A DNA stretch of 11,857 bases from Methanobacterium sp. (lineage in GTDB: Archaea; Methanobacteriota; Methanobacteria; Methanobacteriales; Methanobacteriaceae). Position numbers and translations under genes: made by a program. The DNA lies in the NCBI GenBank assembly GCA_003166335.1, contig PMWA01000064.1, positions 322 through 12,178 on the forward strand. The letters run 5' to 3'. The notes under the pieces are model-generated. The model was not told the origin of the DNA. It saw only the letters and a program-made list of their open reading frames with translations, and ran no database searches. Within the stretch, counting starts at the first letter, position 1. Every line of letters begins with the position of its first letter. Positions 6,908 to 11,857 of this stretch are shown here, one piece after another.

Positions 6908-6958
6908 CTACTCGGGTATTACTTCATTTAAACATCCAATTGCATTTAATGTTCTTGG
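6908..6958 (-). pseudogene. 3'-terminal relic of a carboxymuconolactone decarboxylase (CMD/AhpD-like) family gene
   Basis: Minus strand reads PRTLNAIGCLNEVIPE*, which resembles the (GY)PRTLNA C-terminus I recall from CMD-family proteins. Nothing recognisable lies upstream. Only 16 residues, judged from memory. Confidence 0.55.
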
Positions 6959-7516
6959 ACAATTATGAATACTTACTCCCGATTTTGATATAACTTTTAA
7001 TATTTAAGTATTATATTTTTAATCTATTAAGAATCTCCCAACTCTCAGTATAATAAAAAAACCATATACTACAATTTTCACAAAAGGCAAATTTAGGAAG
7101 ATTTATAGGATTAAATAAGCAATTATAAGGTTAACTAAAGGAAACACAGGAATATACGGCCTCTATTTATTGGACACTCGCATCTATCTAATTAGAAATT
7201 TTAAAAATGAATTAACGTTAATTAACTTCGATCTCTCGTTGCCTGCTCTTTTGCTTGCTTTCTTGATTTATTAGTTAATCTTTCTATGTATAATCAATTA
7301 TTGAATTGATTTTTAAATAATATAAAATTGTAATTTTTTATGTATCTCTAATTATTATTTATTTACAATATTTTTCAAAATGATATTCCATTTTTTTAAG
7401 TTATAATAAAGAAGACCGACACCAATAAACTAGTAGAATGGAAAAAATGATAGAGAGAATTTAAAAAAAAATAGCATTTATTTTGATTGTTTAAAAATTC
7501 ATTTTGAAATTCTTTT

Positions 7517-7525
7517 AAAAAAAAA
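7517..7525 (-). terminator. Oligo-T (T9) terminator after the small membrane protein gene
   Basis: A9 on the + strand, 16 nt past the TAA at 7542..7544. Confidence 0.5.
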
Positions 7526-7541
7526 GGAATTTTGGAGTTGG

Positions 7542-7706
7542 TTATGTTCCCCCTGTTAATATGTTAATAATACCTACAATCAACATTACTACTATTGCTA
7601 TCCATAATAGGTATATTGTAAAAACGGGAAATATCAGGAAAAGAATTAGGAAAATAATAGCCACAGTCACCAATGATATACCGCCCGCTTGCTGTTGTTC
7701 AACCAT
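7542..7706 (-). CDS. Small hydrophobic protein, 54 aa, two predicted transmembrane helices
   Basis: MVEQQQAGGISLVTVAIIFLILFLIFPVFTIYLLWIAIVVMLIVGIINILTGGT*. GGAGGTGA RBS (7719..7712) 5 nt before the ATG, T9 downstream, and a TATA-like AATATATAAA near 7781..7772. Confidence 0.82.
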   Translation of the reverse strand: MVEQQQAGGISLVTVAIIFLILFLIFPVFTIYLLWIAIVVMLIVGIINILTGGT

Positions 7707-7887
7707 ATTGTTCACCTCCCTTTATATCTTAACCTTCATAAAATTATTCTCATGTTTTTAACCTATAAGTTTTTATATATTGTTTTGTTTTTCATCCCCG
7801 AGATTTAAAACCCCTAATTAATAGAATTTTATTAAATACTAAGATTTATTTTTAAATTCCAGTTCAGATAACCATATATAAAGAATT

Positions 7888-9438
7888 TTATTTCAATTTA
7901 TTTTTCCTTTTTTTTACTGAAGGCAAGAATATACTTGTAATAAATCCTAAGATTAGGATTAATGACAATACTGTGAATGTTTGTTTCATTGCAGAACTAA
8001 TTGATGAATCTATAATCTGAGTGGTGTATGGTTGTATTTGTGATGGTACTTGAGGAGGTGTGCCGGTCTGCATCTTTTCAACATAGTTAATAATACTACC
8101 TTGTATTTGTTCGGTTGTCATGTTTCCGGTTTGGCCAGTTGCTGTTATACTTGCAGTAATTCCTCCAAATATTCCAATTATGAGTAGAACTCCGATTAAA
8201 GCCGTTCCCATTGAATAACCTAAATTTTTAAAATTGTTTAATAACCCTGCAGCATCTGTTTCTTGATCAGTTCTTGCAGCGGACATAGTCATATTAGTTA
8301 ACTGCGAAAGTAAAAGACCTATTCCAATTCCAAACACAATTGTTCCAGGTATAATATCCGCCATTTGAGTATTCAAATTAAATACTCCACCTAATATGTA
8401 AGCTCCTACAGCAGCAATAACGAAACCTATCATCAAAATATATTTAGACTCAAGTTTTGATGACAGTCTCGCTCCAGCTAATGAAAACAGAAGAATAGTA
8501 ATAGAAGCAGGTAAAAGGGTAAGACCCGTATTGAACGCACTGAGTTTAGTGACCTGCTGCAAGAATACTGGTATGATGAAAAGAAAACCTGCAAGAGGTA
8601 TTTGCTGTATAACATTGTTTAAATTACCCAACACAAATATACGATTTTTTAGGAGAGATATGTCCGTTAAAGGGTGTAAACCTTTATTAGTTCTTCTTCT
8701 TTGCCATAATAAAAAGATTACAAAGAGAATTGAACCGGTGATTATTAATGCTGCGACATATTCCCAATTCTGAGGACTACTAAGTAATAATATCCCTAAA
8801 ACAAGCAATATTAAAGACACTATAGAAAGTAATGATCCAACAATATCCAAGTCTTTCCATTTAAGCGTTGGTATCGATTCAGTTAAATAGGATCTGAAGA
8901 GGAATATGATGATAACGATGAGTATTTCTAAGCCAAATACCAGTCTCCAAGTTAAATATGTGGTAAAAATTCCACCTATAATAGGGCCTAAAGCAGCTCC
9001 CATTGCGGCTATACCTCCCCAAATACCAAAAGCAGTTATTCTATCTTTACCTTTATAACTAGCACCCACTAATGTAGTTGTTGCAGGTAAAATCAAAGCC
9101 GCACCAATACCCTCAAAAACCGCCCATCCAATCAATAACATCAGGGCATTAATACTAAAAGTAGCAATTATTGTTCCGATTACATATATCAATAATCCTA
9201 TAAGAAATGTCTTTTTTCTACCAAGGATATCTTGAAGTTTACTCCCCAACAACATAAAAGAAGCAATTATTAATGCATATAAAGCAATAATAGCTTGAAT
9301 CGTAGATAAAGTAGTATTTAACTCAACAACCAATGTTGTAATCGCTACATTCATAGCAGACGTATCTAAAACAATAATAAAAATTGCCATACAAGCAACT
9401 AAAACTACTCCCCACTTATACTGATTTTCACTAGCCAT
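7888..9438 (-). CDS. MFS transporter, DHA2 (EmrB/QacA-like, 14-TMS) drug:H+ antiporter
   Basis: 516 aa hydrophobic protein with LDTSAMNVA (motif D1), GSKLQDILGRKK (motif A) and GAALGPIIGG (antiporter motif C), plus a long loop before the last helix. Confidence 0.93.
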   Translation of the reverse strand: MASENQYKWGVVLVACMAIFIIVLDTSAMNVAITTLVVELNTTLSTIQAIIALYALIIASFMLLGSKLQDILGRKKTFLIGLLIYVIGTIIATFSINALMLLIGWAVFEGIGAALILPATTTLVGASYKGKDRITAFGIWGGIAAMGAALGPIIGGIFTTYLTWRLVFGLEILIVIIIFLFRSYLTESIPTLKWKDLDIVGSLLSIVSLILLVLGILLLSSPQNWEYVAALIITGSILFVIFLLWQRRRTNKGLHPLTDISLLKNRIFVLGNLNNVIQQIPLAGFLFIIPVFLQQVTKLSAFNTGLTLLPASITILLFSLAGARLSSKLESKYILMIGFVIAAVGAYILGGVFNLNTQMADIIPGTIVFGIGIGLLLSQLTNMTMSAARTDQETDAAGLLNNFKNLGYSMGTALIGVLLIIGIFGGITASITATGQTGNMTTEQIQGSIINYVEKMQTGTPPQVPSQIQPYTTQIIDSSISSAMKQTFTVLSLILILGFITSIFLPSVKKRKNKLK

Positions 9439-10732
9439 AAATGACCCACCAACACCTATTATTAACTCAAAACTAGTATGAAAAGGCTAGCATAAATATT
9501 TAGTGTTTACAGCTTAATCTGATTCAAATTAAATAACTCAATTTTTTAGTTTTAAACTCATTGAAAAAAAAATAAAATAATAAATAATATTATACCCTAC
9601 CACTCCTTTCAATTAATAGAATATAAAATTCTTTTTTCGCTATAGTACGTTACAAAGAAGTCAAAATAATTTGGAAATTAAGCGTGCTTCCAACTTTCAA
9701 TTGCTCGTTTAAACACCTGCTCGAATTTATATTTTTTGAATCATAATAGTAATACTTTATATACAATTTATCTTAATTAATTAAATTTGTTCAGAGTTCA
9801 AGAAGCTTTGAAATTTTACACTAGAAGTACGACTAATCACACAAAGTGAAAAACAAAAATTGGAGGTTATGAATTCAAATTTAGGGAAAAAAATAATTTT
9901 AAATTAGAATAAGAACCAGATTATGAAGGTATAATAAAGGGAATAAACGACAGATCCAGAGGAACATGGAATCTATGAAATATGACAATTTAAAACAACT
10001 TTGGAAAGATGGATTGATTAATAAAAAATGAATTCAAACATCATGTAGGAAATTTGGGAGTTCCAGATTGTGAAAGTCTATGGAAATTGAAAGGATTCAG
10101 GAGAATTTATGAATGCTCGAAATCTAATAAGAAAACAAGCGAAAAAACAATCATAAGAATCTACCCAACAAATGCAAATTATGCAAAGAATTAAAGATTA
10201 AAAAGCAAGAACTGTGAACAAGCAAGCGAGGGTTTATCACCAGCTTAATAACTTAAGCATAGATTAAAGGAACACTACATAGTTTGGTTTCTTAAGAATT
10301 TAAATCCCGAATTAAATAAGAAGAGGATGTTTTAAATAAATCTTACTTATAAACACGTTTTAAAGCATGTTTGATATATGGCAAGCGATCAAGCAAGCGG
10401 TTAATTGAGAAGAAATAGATTAAGCTGGATTCTTGGAACAAATGAAAAAATTTAGTATTTTTCAACAATCATCTTTCCAAAGTTTTTTTTTAAATGGTTA
10501 AAAATCACAGAAGCAAATAAGAACCACAATGAATTGAAAAAAAAGAGGATTAGTGGTGATAGATTTAGTATTAATTATAAAAAGAAACTTTTTCGAAAAA
10601 CCCAAATGCTATTTTACAAATACTATTAAAAAAAGTAGAATAAGTTACAAATAAGCCCCCGAATAAAGCTATACTAAAAAAAATGACCTTGAATTAATTT
10701 TGAATAATTTTATAAAAATTTCAGTGCTTAGT

Positions 10733-11857
10733 ATGAAAAATGAAGATAATAAGAAAGCCATCGGTTTAGTATCGGCCATGGCTTTAGGAATAGGGGGGAT
10801 GATAGGGGCGGGTATTTTCGCCGTGTTAGGTATTGCAACTAACATCGTAGGTAATTTAGTCTATTTATCATTCCTTTTTGCGGGAATGATTGCTCTTTTA
10901 AGTACTTATTCTTATGCTAAATTAAGCTCAACCTATCCCTCTGCCGGGGGTCCTGTGGAATTTTTAATTCGTGGCTTTGGTGATGGTGTTTCAAGCGGAG
11001 GCTTCAACTTTTTACTCTACTTTGGATATGTTTTTGTTTTAGCAGTTTATGCTGAAGCATTTGGAAGTTATGCTGCCACTGTACTACCCCCGGAATATTC
11101 TAAAATAGGAATGGATATTTTTGCCATTCTCATAATTGTGATATTTACCTTGATTAATTTCTTAGGTCCCAAGGTTGTAGGCAAATCAGAAACTCTGATT
11201 GTAGGGATAAAAGTAGCAATACTAACAATATTTGCTATCTTTGGGGTTTTTTTCATTAAACCACATTTATTATCAATTTCCATGCCTAATGTGGGTAATA
11301 TTTTAACTGGAGCAGGGCTGCTTTTTCTGGGTTATGAAGGTTTTGGTTTAATAACTAACACTGCTGAAGATATAAAAAATCCCCGTAAAAATATACCAAG
11401 AGCTTTATATTTATCTGTCCTTCTAGTAATGGTGATCTATATAGCTGTTTCCATAGTCGTGGTGGGAACTCTATCTCTTCCGGATATTGCAAAAAGTGCT
11501 GACTATGTTCTAGCATCGGCAGCTGCAACATTTGCTGGTTCTATTGGTTTTACAATTATGGTTATCGCAGCATTATTTTCCACTTCTTCTGCTATTAATG
11601 CAACGTTATATGGAGGGGCAAATGTGAGTTATTTAATGGCAAAAAAAGGACAATTACCCGATTTTTTTAATAGGAAATTTTGGATAGATAGTAAAGAAGG
11701 CCTATTAATTACCAGCATTCTGGTGTTGTTATTGATATTATCACTGAATCTAAGTAATATTGCCATGATGGGTAGTGCTGCATTTTTACTTATTTATACT
11801 GGAGTTAATTTAGCTCATCTTAAACTTTACAAAGAAACAGGTGCTAACAAATACATT
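10733..11857 (+). CDS. APC family amino acid permease (ApcT-like); partial, continues past the right edge
   Basis: Hand translation is open from ATG 10733 to the end: MKNEDNKKAIGLVSAMALGIGGMIGAGIFAVLG...YPSAGGPVEF...LGYEGFGLITNTAEDIKNPRKNIPRALYLS...LFSTSSAINATLYGGANVSYLMAKKGQLPDFF. Not in the ORF track because there is no stop. Confidence 0.95.
   Translation, partial: MKNEDNKKAIGLVSAMALGIGGMIGAGIFAVLGIATNIVGNLVYLSFLFAGMIALLSTYSYAKLSSTYPSAGGPVEFLIRGFGDGVSSGGFNFLLYFGYVFVLAVYAEAFGSYAATVLPPEYSKIGMDIFAILIIVIFTLINFLGPKVVGKSETLIVGIKVAILTIFAIFGVFFIKPHLLSISMPNVGNILTGAGLLFLGYEGFGLITNTAEDIKNPRKNIPRALYLSVLLVMVIYIAVSIVVVGTLSLPDIAKSADYVLASAAATFAGSIGFTIMVIAALFSTSSAINATLYGGANVSYLMAKKGQLPDFFNRKFWIDSKEGLLITSILVLLLILSLNLSNIAMMGSAAFLLIYTGVNLAHLKLYKETGANKYI

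Noticed and set aside
7670..7706. Class III (pilin-type) signal peptide in the microprotein (QQQAG-GISL)
   Set aside because: No Lys/Arg before the Gly, no +5 Glu, and no soluble domain after the hydrophobic segment.
7561..7761. 66-aa plus-strand ORF
   Set aside because: No RBS. The opposite-strand ORF 7542..7706 has a perfect RBS, a terminator and coherent membrane character.
8531..8773. 80-aa plus-strand ORF
   Set aside because: Antisense shadow of the MFS gene.
10589..10600. Palindrome TTTTTCGAAAAA upstream of the permease
   Set aside because: Low complexity and single copy, expected by chance in AT-rich DNA.
11068..11283. 71-aa minus-strand ORF
   Set aside because: Antisense shadow of the APC permease.

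Overview
AT-rich accessory region that looks archaeal: TATA/BRE-like promoters, oligo-T terminators, GGAGG(TGA) RBSs, and a gene mix typical of Methanobacterium-like methanogens (the taxonomy is inference). In order it holds: a PAS-PAS-PAS-HisKA sensor kinase split by a -1 frameshift (-, runs off the left edge); an ArsR regulator and a nitroreductase (+); an MBL-fold hydrolase (frameshifted) and a TetR regulator (-); two tandem PadR paralogues behind an array of palindromic operators (+); a decaying CMD-relic / iron-sulfur flavoprotein / SDR-fragment cluster (-); a 54-aa membrane protein missed by the ORF track (-); a DHA2-type MFS exporter (-); about 1.3 kb with no long ORF; and an ApcT-like amino acid permease (+, runs off the right edge). 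I saw no rRNA, tRNA, CRISPR array, transposase or integrase, and I cannot demonstrate a wholly new system. The best leads are the kinase frameshift on a slippery heptamer at a domain boundary, two genes whose best start is a near-cognate codon (ACG, ATT), the His/Met-insert PadR pair with its phased operators, and the small membrane protein. Much of this may simply be gene decay.
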